DNA from: Acidobacteriota bacterium | Lineage (GTDB): Bacteria; Acidobacteriota; UBA6911; RPQK01; JAJDTT01 | Length of the DNA stretch: 64,000 nt | Assembly (NCBI GenBank): GCA_965263035.1 | Contig: OZ253580.1 | Location: forward strand, 4,544,001-4,608,000 | Direction of reading: 5' to 3' | Shown: positions 27,434 through 37,764 of the stretch, one piece after another | Layout of the letters: each line of letters begins with the position of its first letter | Position numbering within the stretch: position 1 is the first letter of the stretch | Made by a program: the position numbers and the translations under genes | Notes under the pieces: generated by a model | Database searches by the model: none | What the model saw: only the letters and a program-made list of their open reading frames with translations | What the model was told of the DNA's origin: nothing

Positions 27434-30229
27434 ATGAGCTACGCTTACTGGCGAAAATGCGACCTTCAAGTGCATAGTCCGCGAGATCCGAACTGGACAG
27501 GTTTGAGGCCGGTTGGAATTCCCGAATCATGTATTCGGCAAGTCGATGCCAACAGGTTGCGATGGGCCAACGAATTCATTGATCAATGCGCGGCTAGACA
27601 ATTGAAAGCGGTGGCATTTACGGATCATCATGAAATGATCATGGTGCCATATGTTCAGAAGGCGATTGAAGAGCGCATGAATTGTGACCCCGACTTCGAT
27701 CTTTGGTTCTTTCCTGGCATGGAAATTACTGCAAGGGGAGGCAAGCAATGCATCATTATCTTTGACGCCGATCTCTCAGAGGATTGGCGTAAACAAGCCC
27801 AAGGAAAGCTAGGAATATTATTTGCCGATATTCAAGAGAAGCAAGCCATCGCATCCCCGGTCACACAGCTAGACGTTAGCTATCCAGAGATTGCTTGCTT
27901 ACTTGACGAACTGGAAGACCTGCGCGGTCGGTACATCGTCCTGCCCAACGTCTCACAGGGCGGCAGCCATACGGTCTTGACTCATGGTGGACATAAGGAT
28001 TTCCTTAATATGCCGTATGTAGGCGGCTATCTTGATAAAGGGCAGACTATAGACACGCTCCACCAAAGAAACAAATCACGTCTGTCGGGCGAAATATCGA
28101 AGTGGTCCCGCAGATCGATCTATCCACTTCCAACTTCGGACAGCCGGTCTGCGGCTTTCAGCAAGCTTGGAACGAACGACACTTGGATAAAAATCGCGGA
28201 GCCAACCGCCGAAGCAATCAGGCAGGCATTTCTTGCCAGTCAGTCCCGAATCCGGATCGAAGAACCGAAACTCCCGTCATTTGTGATCACCAAGGCAAGA
28301 GTCGAACACTCAACGATACTTGAGACAACAATCCTGCCTTTCAGTCCCGAGTTCAACGCAGTCATCGGCGGTCGCGGGAGTGGCAAGAGCACATTTCTAG
28401 AATATGTAGCATACGCACTGGGTCGGAGTTGTCACGACATACCTCGTGATCACTACTCGGGAACCAAGCGTATGCAGGCTCTTATCGAGTTATTCCGTTC
28501 GAATGACGGCTGCATATCGCTAGATGTTCAAATGGACAACTCGCCATTCTGGATCGTCCGTGGCCAGAACACTAAATTTCAGCCCCAAATTACCTACAAT
28601 GACGGAACGGTAGAAACGGTGACAGTCGAGGAGCTACGTCGCCTATTTCCGGCGGTTGTCTACAGTCAAGGCGAACTCGCAGGATTCGGCGGAGGAGATG
28701 CTAGTAAGACCCAACTTTCCGATCTGCTTCAGTTCGTCGATCCCGATTATAAGCAGAGCGACGATCAGTTTGACGCAAGAATCAGGAGGGCCAAGGCTGC
28801 CGTAAGGTCGGCGATTCAGGCGGTTATCGACGACTGGGAATGCCAGTCATCACTTCGGAAATTGCAAACTAAGGTCGCATCTCTGAAACAGCGTGCTGAG
28901 GCGTTGGACAAGACGCTTCCGAACCGCTCCGAAGAGGATGAGACAATTCTTACCCACTTCAATAATGTGAACGAGTTCAACACAAAAGTGTCCCAAGCAT
29001 CGAAACATTCTGACCAGATATTGCAGGATCTTAAATCGGATTTCTCGGAGTTGCGGTCCAAACGGAATGTGTCGGCACCCGTAGACGCTGTCGCAGCGAA
29101 GGTTCAACAGAGCTATCGTGATCTATACAATGTCTTCGTTTCCGGCATGACGACATTGTTAGACGATCTAACGGCGAAACGCGCTACTCTTTTGACCCAT
29201 GAATCTGAGTGGAAGCTGAGTTATGATGACGCGTTGAGCCGGCGAAACAGCGTGATGGAAAAGTTCGGCAACCAACAGGCCGTCACAAGGCAAATTATCA
29301 AGCTACGTGAGGAAATCAACCGATACGAGAACCAAATTGCAGACCTCAAACAAAATATGAAGGCCAGCGGAGATCCATCGGATCAATTGGATGCTGAGCT
29401 CACTAGGCTCCGGAGGATCACCGATGAGCGTAATCAGCGCACTCAGGAGTGGGCGGAGTCAATCGAGAGCCTGTCTAATGGGAAAATCAAGGCATCAGTC
29501 AGGGGCGCGGCTGATATTGAGGAGATTCGGGAGGCAATCGATGCCATTGCAGCTAAGACAGGCTCGTACGAGGCAACACGCAGCCGGGAGCTAGTGCAAG
29601 GACTCAGGGATCAAAGTGCATCCGAACTTGTCGAGCGGCTCCGAAGTGATTGTTTTGGTTTGTTGAAATGGCGCCAAATGCAGGCGTCTTACGGAGTAGA
29701 ACGACCCCAGTGCAACAGCCTCATGAAAATGCTGGGTGATACAAAGAGCATCCGAGATTCGGTCACTCGACTCATGAACGCAACGAGGTTGGAGGCGATC
29801 GCCACAGCTGTTGCAAAGCCAGCAATAGCCCTCCACTATTGCGACGGGGTTCGGGAGATTTCGTTCGACAAGGCATCCGATGGACAACGCGCGGCGGCAC
29901 TGCTGTTCATGTTGCTTGAGCAGCCAAACGGTCCCCTCATCATTGACCAGCCAGAAGGGGATCTTGATAATAGGATTATTACTGAGCTTACTGAGAAGCT
30001 GCACCATGCGAAGGAGAAACGCCAACTGGTCTTTTCCAGCCACAACGCAAACCTCGTCGTTAATGGATCGGCCGAGCTAGTCGGTCAGCTCGATGTAAAC
30101 GACGCCGGCGAGCGTCAGTTCGCATGTACCGGAGCCATCGATAGGCCAGAAGTCTGTGAGGTGATCACATCGACGATGGAAGGTGGCGAGAAGGCTTTCA
30201 GAGATCGACAGGAGAAATATGGCTACTAG
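27434..30229 (+). CDS. PHP-domain + coiled-coil ABC/SMC-like ATPase (Ppl/TrlF-like, probable antiphage protein)
   Basis: DLQVHSP, TDHH, GMEIT, TSD PHP motifs; GGRGSGKST, SDGQR, IIDQPEGDLD, SHNANLVV; lower GC than neighbours. Confidence 0.85.
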   Translation: MSYAYWRKCDLQVHSPRDPNWTGLRPVGIPESCIRQVDANRLRWANEFIDQCAARQLKAVAFTDHHEMIMVPYVQKAIEERMNCDPDFDLWFFPGMEITARGGKQCIIIFDADLSEDWRKQAQGKLGILFADIQEKQAIASPVTQLDVSYPEIACLLDELEDLRGRYIVLPNVSQGGSHTVLTHGGHKDFLNMPYVGGYLDKGQTIDTLHQRNKSRLSGEISKWSRRSIYPLPTSDSRSAAFSKLGTNDTWIKIAEPTAEAIRQAFLASQSRIRIEEPKLPSFVITKARVEHSTILETTILPFSPEFNAVIGGRGSGKSTFLEYVAYALGRSCHDIPRDHYSGTKRMQALIELFRSNDGCISLDVQMDNSPFWIVRGQNTKFQPQITYNDGTVETVTVEELRRLFPAVVYSQGELAGFGGGDASKTQLSDLLQFVDPDYKQSDDQFDARIRRAKAAVRSAIQAVIDDWECQSSLRKLQTKVASLKQRAEALDKTLPNRSEEDETILTHFNNVNEFNTKVSQASKHSDQILQDLKSDFSELRSKRNVSAPVDAVAAKVQQSYRDLYNVFVSGMTTLLDDLTAKRATLLTHESEWKLSYDDALSRRNSVMEKFGNQQAVTRQIIKLREEINRYENQIADLKQNMKASGDPSDQLDAELTRLRRITDERNQRTQEWAESIESLSNGKIKASVRGAADIEEIREAIDAIAAKTGSYEATRSRELVQGLRDQSASELVERLRSDCFGLLKWRQMQASYGVERPQCNSLMKMLGDTKSIRDSVTRLMNATRLEAIATAVAKPAIALHYCDGVREISFDKASDGQRAAALLFMLLEQPNGPLIIDQPEGDLDNRIITELTEKLHHAKEKRQLVFSSHNANLVVNGSAELVGQLDVNDAGERQFACTGAIDRPEVCEVITSTMEGGEKAFRDRQEKYGY

Positions 30230-30691
30230 TCCGGTTCCTTGCGATGATTCGGATAATGGGTGATTAAACTGGAAAACTGAGGAAGCATATCCTTAGATGC
30301 TGTTGGAGAACTGCACCAAGTTCATCGTCTGCGGGGAAGTGGAATTAGTCGCCACTTGGACGGCGTGTTGAGCGGCAGGATCGCAAGGAGAAACACTCCA
30401 ACTCTCGGCTCCTAATAGAGTCGATCCTATGGCTGACATGTGAGACTCGAAACAGGCACGCGGGATCGTGGGGACCTCGACACTGGTGTTCTCTTGGATA
30501 CCCACGGGCATACGATCCGACCCCATCCAGATGAGCCGTCCCGGTAGGTGTGCACGCCGGCGAGTGTGGATCGTTTCCCGCGTATCCCCCTTTGCAGCCA
30601 ACAGAGCCCCGCCAGTATAATCCCGGCGTCCGTGGCCCCCCGGAGGACCCGGGGCCGTTCATCCACTCATGCCTCAGACAGGTTGGAACCT

Positions 30692-31777
30692 ATGACCGAC
30701 ACATTGAAAATCGCGGTCGTCCCAGGCGACGGAACCGGCCCCGAAGTCACCAACGAAGCTCTCAAGGTGCTGGAGGCCGTGGCCCCGCTGGAAAACGTCC
30801 GGTACGAGCGGACCGACTTCGACTACGGCGGCGACCGCTACCTCGCCACCGGCGAGGTGATCACGGAAGCCCAGATCGACGAGCTGGGCCAGTTCGACGC
30901 CATCTACCTGGGCGCCATCGGACACCCCGGGGTAACCCCGGGCCTGCTGGAAAAGGGCCTCCTCCTCACCATCCGCTTCCAGCTCGACCAGTACATCAAC
31001 TTCCGTCCCGTCCGCCTCTACCCCGGCGTGGATTGCCCCCTAAAAGACAAGGGACCCGAGCACATCCGGTTCGACGTGGTCCGGGAGAACACCGAGGATC
31101 TCTATTGCGGCGCCGGCGGGTTCCTGCGCAAGAACACCCCCCAGGAGGTGGCCACGCAGGAGATGATCGCCACCCGCTTCGGGGTCGACCGCTGTCTGCG
31201 CTGGGCCTTCAAGCACTGCATCGGCCGGCAGGACCGCCTGCGCCTCACCCTGGTCCAAAAGACCAACGTCCTCACCTACGCCGCCGACCTCTGGGAGCGC
31301 GCCTTCCACGCCATGGGAAAAGCCGAATTCCCCCAGGTCAATCGCGACTACAACCACATCGACGCCGCCTGCATGTGGTTCGTCAAGAACCCCGAGTACT
31401 ACGACACCATCGTGGTCCCCAACATGTTCGGGGACATCATCACCGACCTGGGCGCCATGATTCAGGGGGGCCTGGGCGTGGCCTCCGGAGGCAACATCAA
31501 CCCGGAGCCGGGCGGCTGCAGCATGTTCGAGTGCATGGGAGGTTCGGCGCCCAAGTACACGGGCCAGAACGTCATCAATCCCATCGCCGCCATCGGAGCC
31601 ATGGGCATGTTGTTGAGGGTGCTGGGAGACCAGAAGGACCTTCCCAACCTGGTTCGCGCCGGAACGCGGGTGGACGACGCCATCGGCCGGACCACCCCCA
31701 AGATGAAGAGCATGTCCGCCGGCCGCATGGGCTACACCACGAGCGAGGTGGGGGACCTGGTGGCCGAAGCGCTTTAG
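30692..31777 (+). CDS. leuB: 3-isopropylmalate dehydrogenase (short type)
   Basis: IAVVPGDGTGPEV, NFRPV, VRENTEDLY, KTNVL, NMFGDIITDLGA, SMFE..GGSAP. Confidence 0.88.
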   Translation: MTDTLKIAVVPGDGTGPEVTNEALKVLEAVAPLENVRYERTDFDYGGDRYLATGEVITEAQIDELGQFDAIYLGAIGHPGVTPGLLEKGLLLTIRFQLDQYINFRPVRLYPGVDCPLKDKGPEHIRFDVVRENTEDLYCGAGGFLRKNTPQEVATQEMIATRFGVDRCLRWAFKHCIGRQDRLRLTLVQKTNVLTYAADLWERAFHAMGKAEFPQVNRDYNHIDAACMWFVKNPEYYDTIVVPNMFGDIITDLGAMIQGGLGVASGGNINPEPGGCSMFECMGGSAPKYTGQNVINPIAAIGAMGMLLRVLGDQKDLPNLVRAGTRVDDAIGRTTPKMKSMSAGRMGYTTSEVGDLVAEAL

Positions 31778-31862
31778 GGAACCGTCACAAATTTCGGTTC
31801 GAGCAAAACGCCCACTGTTGGGGGGCTGGCAGTCCCGACATGGATTCTGGAGGAACATCGTC

Positions 31863-33368
31863 ATGAGACTCATCCATTACCCCGCGATCCTGGCGCTGGC
31901 CGCCCTCTTGTCGCTGCCCGCGGCCCTGGCCGGCGACGTCGTCGACATCGGCTCGCGACGCGAGCTGTTCGTGGATCATCTGCTCGTCGACCGGCTCGTG
32001 GGAGCCAGCCTTCGCCTGGGCACGCCGTTGCCCGGCGGGGTGGCCGTCCGCTTCAACGATCCCGTGGAAGACGACACGGCCTTTTACACCACCATCTTCA
32101 AGGACGGCGACATCTACCGCATGTACTACCGGGGTGCGCTCTTCGAGAGGAAGACCACCTGCTACGCCGAGAGCCGTGACGGGATCAATTGGACGAAGCC
32201 GGACCTGGGACTGGTCTCCATCGACGGCTCCGCTCGAAACCACGTGATCCTGCCCGAGGCGCGCCAGTTCGTCGCCTTCATCGACGGGCGGCCCGGCGTG
32301 CCCGCCTCGGAGCGTTACAAGGGGACTTCGCGGGGACCCGTCGAGCCCAACGCCCTGGTGGGCTTCCTCTCCGGCGACGGCATCCGCTGGCGGATGCTCC
32401 GGGACGAGCCCATCGTGCCCAAGGTCCTGATCAACCACTTCGATTCGCAGAACGTCATGTTCTGGTCGGAGGCCGAAGAGCGATACGTGCTCTACGCCCG
32501 GCACATGGAAGGAGGCCGCCGCGCCACGGCGCGGTCCACCTCCAAGGACTTCATCAACTGGACTCCCCAGGTCCTCATGAGCTACAGCGACACGGGCACG
32601 ACGACTCCCTCGCACCACCTCTACACGAACCAGACCCAGCCCTATTTCCGGGCGCCCCACATCTACATCTCGCTGCCGGCCCGGATCATCTTCGCCGATC
32701 CGCGGCACATCAAGCGCGAGGAGGACAAGGAGCTGGCAAGGGGGCGCCAACGCATCATCACGCCCGAGCTCCGGGACTTCGTCAAGGAGAACATGCCCCT
32801 GATGGGAACGGCGGGGACGGGAGACCACTCCGACGGCGTCCTGCTCACCAGCCGGGCCGGGTCCACGGTCTACGACTTCACCTTCCGGGAGAGCTTCGTC
32901 CGGCCCGGAATCGGCGTCAACAACTGGACGACCCGGACCAACTATCCGGCCTGCGGCATCGTCCCCACCGGTGACGGCGAGATGTCCTTCTACGTGCAGC
33001 GGAACTATGGGCAGAAAGACACGGCGTACCTGGAACGGATGACGCTGCGCCTGGACGGCTTCGCCAGCCTGCACGCGCCCTATCAAGGGGGCGAGATGGT
33101 CACCAAGCCGTTGCGCTTCAAGGGAAACCGGCTGGAGATCAACTACGCCACCAGCGCGGCCGGGAGCCTCCGGATCGAGATCCAGGACCCCAAGGGCCAG
33201 CCGATTCCAGGGTTCACGTTGGACGAGTGTCCCGAGATCATCGGCGACGAGATCGAGCGGAACGTCGCCTGGAAGGGAGATCCCGACCTGAGATCGCTGT
33301 CGGGCAAGCCGGTGCGGATTCGTGTGGTCCTGAAGGACGCCGACCTCTACTCCATCCGTTTCCACTGA
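31863..33368 (+). CDS. Secreted five-bladed beta-propeller hydrolase-like protein (copy 1)
   Basis: Signal peptide; YRMYYRG, YAESRDGINWTKPDLG, FDSQN, STSKDFINW, LRLDGFASL, ADLYSIRF. Confidence 0.7.
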   Translation: MRLIHYPAILALAALLSLPAALAGDVVDIGSRRELFVDHLLVDRLVGASLRLGTPLPGGVAVRFNDPVEDDTAFYTTIFKDGDIYRMYYRGALFERKTTCYAESRDGINWTKPDLGLVSIDGSARNHVILPEARQFVAFIDGRPGVPASERYKGTSRGPVEPNALVGFLSGDGIRWRMLRDEPIVPKVLINHFDSQNVMFWSEAEERYVLYARHMEGGRRATARSTSKDFINWTPQVLMSYSDTGTTTPSHHLYTNQTQPYFRAPHIYISLPARIIFADPRHIKREEDKELARGRQRIITPELRDFVKENMPLMGTAGTGDHSDGVLLTSRAGSTVYDFTFRESFVRPGIGVNNWTTRTNYPACGIVPTGDGEMSFYVQRNYGQKDTAYLERMTLRLDGFASLHAPYQGGEMVTKPLRFKGNRLEINYATSAAGSLRIEIQDPKGQPIPGFTLDECPEIIGDEIERNVAWKGDPDLRSLSGKPVRIRVVLKDADLYSIRFH

Positions 33369-33387
33369 CGCGGCCACGGTGCAGGAA

Positions 33388-35057
33388 ATGAAAAAACACG
33401 GGTTCCTCCTGGCATTCCTGTTGGGCGTCCTCTCCTGCGGCAGCCCTTCCCCGACCCCGAACGTCGCCTCGAAAGGGGAGCCGAAGCGGGAGCGGCGGGT
33501 CCTTTACTACGACTCCGCCGCCGTCCAGTCGCACAGCTACCTGGACCGGGGGAAGGTGGAGCCGTACATGAGCCTCATCTACGACATCCAAACCCACGAC
33601 GATTTCCTGGACGCCAGCGTGCGCATGGTCAAGGGAACCCAGGTGGACACCTACCTGTGGCACATCGGAAACGGGGCCGAGCCGCCGTGGAATATTCCAA
33701 CGGATCTGCTCTGGTCCTGTTTCGATTCCTACGAGCAGGTGAATGACATCGTCATCCGGGCCTGCCGTGAACAGGGTTTGGAGGTCTGGGCGTCGATGCG
33801 CATGAGCGATCTTCACGCGGCCTTCCGGTCCCGGACCCTGGAGGAATTGGACGATGTCTTCAAGACACAACACCCCGAGTACCTGATGGCGCCGATGACG
33901 GACCGCCAGCTCCCGTCCGAGCTGACGGAGCAGCGTCTCTGGGTGTCGTTCGACTACACCCATCCGGAGGTTCGGCAGCATCGTCTCGACTACATCGCGA
34001 AGACCGCCGCCAACCACGACTTCGACGGCTACGAGCTGGACTTCAACCGCATGGGGATCCACTTCCCCATGGGGCAGGGACGGCAAAAAGCCCATCTGAT
34101 TACGGACCTGATGCGGCAGATTCGGGAGCGGCTGAACGCCATCGGAGACGAGCGGGGACGGCCCTACACCCTGGCGGTCCACGTGATGGATTCCCTGGAG
34201 ACCAACCTGGAGATCGGTCTGGACATGGAGGCCTGGGCCCGGGAGGGGCTGGTGGACGCGCTGCTGGTGGGCCTGGGATACATGCCCGACCAGTTGGCCA
34301 TCGGCCAATGGGTGCGGCTGGCCGGGGAGACGGGAGTGCAGGTGTATCCGTCCATCAATCCCAACACCATGCGGGCGGGGGCCTGGGAGACTCTGCGGGG
34401 CAAGCCTCTGTTCCGCGAGGGAATGCGGGCGTATGCCGACTACTACCTGGACCAGGGCGCCGACGGCATCTACCTGTTCAACTTCCGGCACGAGCCGACA
34501 CAACGGCTGACCGAGGAGGAGTTCGAGGGGGTGCTGAGCGAGTTGGGAGCGCCCGAGACCATGGCCGGCAAGGACAAGGTCTACGCCATCAACCCCACGG
34601 CGCATAGCGGCGGGCCGTTCTATCACGGTTCCGAGCCGGCGCTTCTGCCCATCGTGTTGGACCGGGTCGAGCGGAAGTTGCGGATTCATTTGGGTCCCGC
34701 TGCCGAAGACTCGCAGGCAGCCTGCGACTGAGCGTCTTCACGGCCAAGGCCGGAAAGGGGACCACTCTCTGGGTTCGACTCAACCACACCCTGTTAACCG
34801 ACGCCGAGAGGGAAGGGGACTGGTTCCACTTCCAGGTGCCTGCGGGTGTGGCGCGTAACGGAATGAACGAGGTGGGCCTGATCTCGAACGTCCCCGCCGC
34901 CGGCCCCTTCGCGGGTCTGATCGGTCCCCCCAACGCGGATCCGGCCGAGTTCCTGAAGCAAGCCTTCGGCCGCGTCAAGAACGTCATCCAGCGCGACCAG
35001 GACCCGGTTGTGGTCCATCAGGTTTTCCTGGAGATAAGCTACGCTGAGGCGTCCTGA
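33388..35057 (+). pseudogene. TIM-barrel glycoside-hydrolase-like lipoprotein copy 1, with a 1-bp frameshift near 34718
   Basis: CAGGCAGCC here vs CAGGCCAGCC in copy 2; the downstream frame resumes to ...EISYAEAS at 35057. Confidence 0.8.
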
Positions 35058-35171
35058 CATGCCTCGGCATCTGTGACCGCGTCCACGAACAGCGGGCGGG
35101 GGTTTTGCTGGTCGAAGTGTCACTGCATTGCGAGCAACTCTTGTACCAGAGACCCTTGTGACCGCCTGTCG

Positions 35172-35516
35172 TTACCGTTCACCTGAATGCAGCGCAGGTC
35201 GAGTGCCGTAACGGCTCTCGCCACGGGCTGCCAGGGTCGCAGCCGGTTTGATATCGGCAATCAGTTGGCTCCTGTCTCCCGCCAGCTTGCGGAAGTCGCA
35301 CTCGACTTGGATGCCATGCCAGAACTTGTCCGACTGACCGAAGAAGGCCCCAAAACGAATCGACATGGGCGGAGTGATCGACCGCCGCCCAAGGACGATT
35401 TCGTTTATGGCCCTCGGGGAGACACCGATGGCGCGGGCCATGACATTCTGTGAAATCCCCATCGGCTTGAGGTATTCCTCGAGCAGAATTTCTCCGGGTG
35501 TAATGGAGTCTTTCAT
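35172..35516 (-). CDS. higA: HigA/VapI addiction-module antitoxin (copy 1, orphan)
   Basis: [38 protein letters not shown]. Confidence 0.9.
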   Translation of the reverse strand: MKDSITPGEILLEEYLKPMGISQNVMARAIGVSPRAINEIVLGRRSITPPMSIRFGAFFGQSDKFWHGIQVECDFRKLAGDRSQLIADIKPAATLAARGESRYGTRPALHSGER

Positions 35517-35785
35517 ATCCATTCGGGGCTGTGATGCTACTTGAAGCCGGTGGCGAGGTTCGTTTCCAGACACGACCGGTCGAAGGGCTGGAGCGCAAAG
35601 TTCCACGAACTCAGTTCGGAACCTATCTGAAGTTTCGTCGCCAAGTGCTCGATGCGTTTCGCAGCTACCAGTTCCCCGTCATCCAGCTCCATCTCTCCGT
35701 CCGCGTGACATGATCCAAGACCATCCCGTCGGTATCCTTCTGCCATCCTGGGATTCCAAGGAGTTTGATGTATCCTGAGTTTCCA

Positions 35786-36470
35786 ATGAACAGCAACGAT
35801 CTGAACTGGATCGCCAACTACATCTGGGGTATCGCCGACGACGTGCTGCGCGACCTCTACGTTCGCGGAAAGTACCGTGACGTTATTCTTCCATAACCGT
35901 CCTGCGACGGTTGGATGCGGTGCTGGAAGACAGTAAACAAGCCGTGCTGGAGATGAAAGCCACTCTCGACGCAGTAGGTGTGGTCGAGCAAGATCCGGCC
36001 CTGCAGGAGGCGGCGGGACGGGCTTTCTACAACACCTCGAAGTTCACCTTGCGCGGCTTGAGGTCCCGCGCTAACCGCCAGCAGCTCACGGCTGACTTTG
36101 AGGCCTACCTCGACACCGGAAAAAGATCCACAAGCGAGGGACAAGAGCTGACCCGCTGCTCGGCCTGTTCGCGACCACCGTCAACGGGCGATCTGCCGTG
36201 GTGGAGTACGAACCGGACACCGATTTGCGCGACACCGAGCAGATCCCTCTACCGGACGCGAGAGGCATTGACGGGTTCCTGAGTCGCGAGGTCCTTCCCT
36301 ATGCCGGCGACGCATGGTATCCGCCCAAGAAAAATGAAGATCGGCTACGAGATCAGTTTCAACCGGTATTTTTTCAAGCCGCAGCCGATGCGGTCGCTGG
36401 AGGAGATTCGAGCGGATATCCTGGCGCTGGAGAAAGAATCGGACGGGCTGCTTGACGAGATTCTTGGCTG
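35786..36470 (+). pseudogene. hsdM: Type I RM hsdM relic (nonsense codon, large central deletion, frameshifts)
   Basis: 5' part colinear with hsdM at 62868 (ATG codon changed to give TAA near 35894); joins near 36115 to the C-terminus YEPDTDLRDTEQIP...GYEISFNRYF..RSLEEI. Confidence 0.85.
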
Positions 36471-36553
36471 TCGACCGATCAATCAGGCCGCTCCGGGCTC
36501 AGGAGCGGACACCACTCGCAACAGGGAGTCGCGGAACTGACGGGAGGAAAACG

Positions 36554-36766
36554 ATGAGGCCAATGGAGATCATATTCGAGGTGACCGAGGCGGTCGAAGG
36601 TGGATACGATGCCAGGGCGCTCGGCTATGACATATTCACGCAGGGGGACGATTGGGACGACCTGAAGGCCATGGCTCGAGATGCGGTGCGCTGTTACTTC
36701 GAGGAAGCCAGTGTGCCCAGGGTGATTCGGCTCCACCTCGTCAGGGAAGAGGCCATCGCGGTGTGA
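36554..36766 (+). CDS. hicB: HicB-like antitoxin (short)
   Basis: EIIFEVTEAVEGGYDARALGYDIFTQGDDWDDLKAMARDAV; GTGA overlap with hicA. Confidence 0.75.
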   Translation: MRPMEIIFEVTEAVEGGYDARALGYDIFTQGDDWDDLKAMARDAVRCYFEEASVPRVIRLHLVREEAIAV

Positions 36767-37011
36767 AGCTGCCCAGGAATCTGTCGGGCGAACGGCTTGT
36801 CGGACTGTTGAGCCGTTATTATGGCTACCGCGTGAGTCGCCAAAGCGGCAGTCACATGAACGTGACGCTGACGGTAGGAGGCAAACGCCACAGCGTTGTC
36901 ATTCCCCGCCACCGACAGGTAAGCGTCGGGACTTTGAACGCGATTATCTCTGCCGTTGCCATATTCCACAGAGTCTCGAAACATGAAGTCCGCGAGCAAC
37001 TGTTCGGTTAG
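36763..37011 (+). CDS. hicA: HicA mRNA interferase toxin
   Basis: KLPRNLSG, RQSGSH, VIPRH, GTLNAI. Confidence 0.85.
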   Translation: MKLPRNLSGERLVGLLSRYYGYRVSRQSGSHMNVTLTVGGKRHSVVIPRHRQVSVGTLNAIISAVAIFHRVSKHEVREQLFG

Positions 37012-37063
37012 TCACATGATCTCTGACTACCGTTTTGGCAACGCATGCGGTATCAGCCCTACC

Positions 37064-37350
37064 TTGGAAAACTTCGAGTTCCGCCACCGCTGGAGGAGAT
37101 TCGCGCCAACATGCTGCCAATGGAGAGGGAGACCAATGCGTTGTTCGGCGAGATCCTGGGCGAGGTGGGGTCATGATCGCCAATCTTGCGCCGTATCCGG
37201 CCTACAAGGACTCCGGCGTGGAGTGGTTGGGGAAGTGCCGGAGCATTGGGAAGTGCGGTGGCTGGGCCAGTTCGGGACGCTCTCGAAGGGCAATGGCGGC
37301 AACAAAGGCGATGAGGTTCCCTCCGGAATTCCCTGCGTTCGCTATGGCGG
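37064..37350 (+). pseudogene. hsdS: Scrambled hsdM fragments plus frameshifted hsdS N-terminus
   Basis: LENFEFR and LEEIRAN..ERET hsdM pieces, then MIANLAPYPAYKDSGVEWLG/EVPEHWEV. Confidence 0.75.
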
Positions 37351-37362
37351 CCGCTGTCGAGC

Positions 37363-37614
37363 ATGGACAGGACAGAACGGGTGCGTGCCACTTACCTTCA
37401 TGCTTGCCTGCGATATGTGAACCGAGAATACCTGACCAACACTTCAGTGCGGCAGCGGTTCGGAATCGAAACTCGAAACAGCGCTAAGGCTTCACGACTG
37501 ATTGCAGAGGCTGTCAAGGCAGGTGCTATTGTGCCCGACGACCCGGCAGCGGCTCCCATGCTGATGCGCTATGTGCCGGAGTGGGCGAAGGTCGGGGGGC
37601 GCACCGCTACTTGA
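37363..37614 (+). pseudogene. C-terminal fragment of an AlbA_2/HATPase_c_4-type ATP-binding regulator
   Basis: ERVRATYLHACLRYV..TNTSVRQRFGI..ASRLI..RYVPEWA. Confidence 0.65.
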
Positions 37615-37764
37615 TCAGATGCCACCGAGCAAACGTTCCATGATTTGTCAGGGCCAATAAGGTGTTTGTATTCAACTAGTTGCACACAACGTGTTTACTT
37701 GACGGGTACTTGACAGGATGCTGAGTGGGGACTGACCCCATCGACCGCGGCATCGAGCGCCTCC

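Noticed and set aside
30230-30691. leuB attenuator leader
   Set aside because: No Leu-rich leader peptide or terminator visible
34700-34735. Programmed frameshift in lipoprotein copy 1
   Set aside because: No slippery sequence; a simple 1-bp loss relative to the paralogs (mutation or sequencing error)
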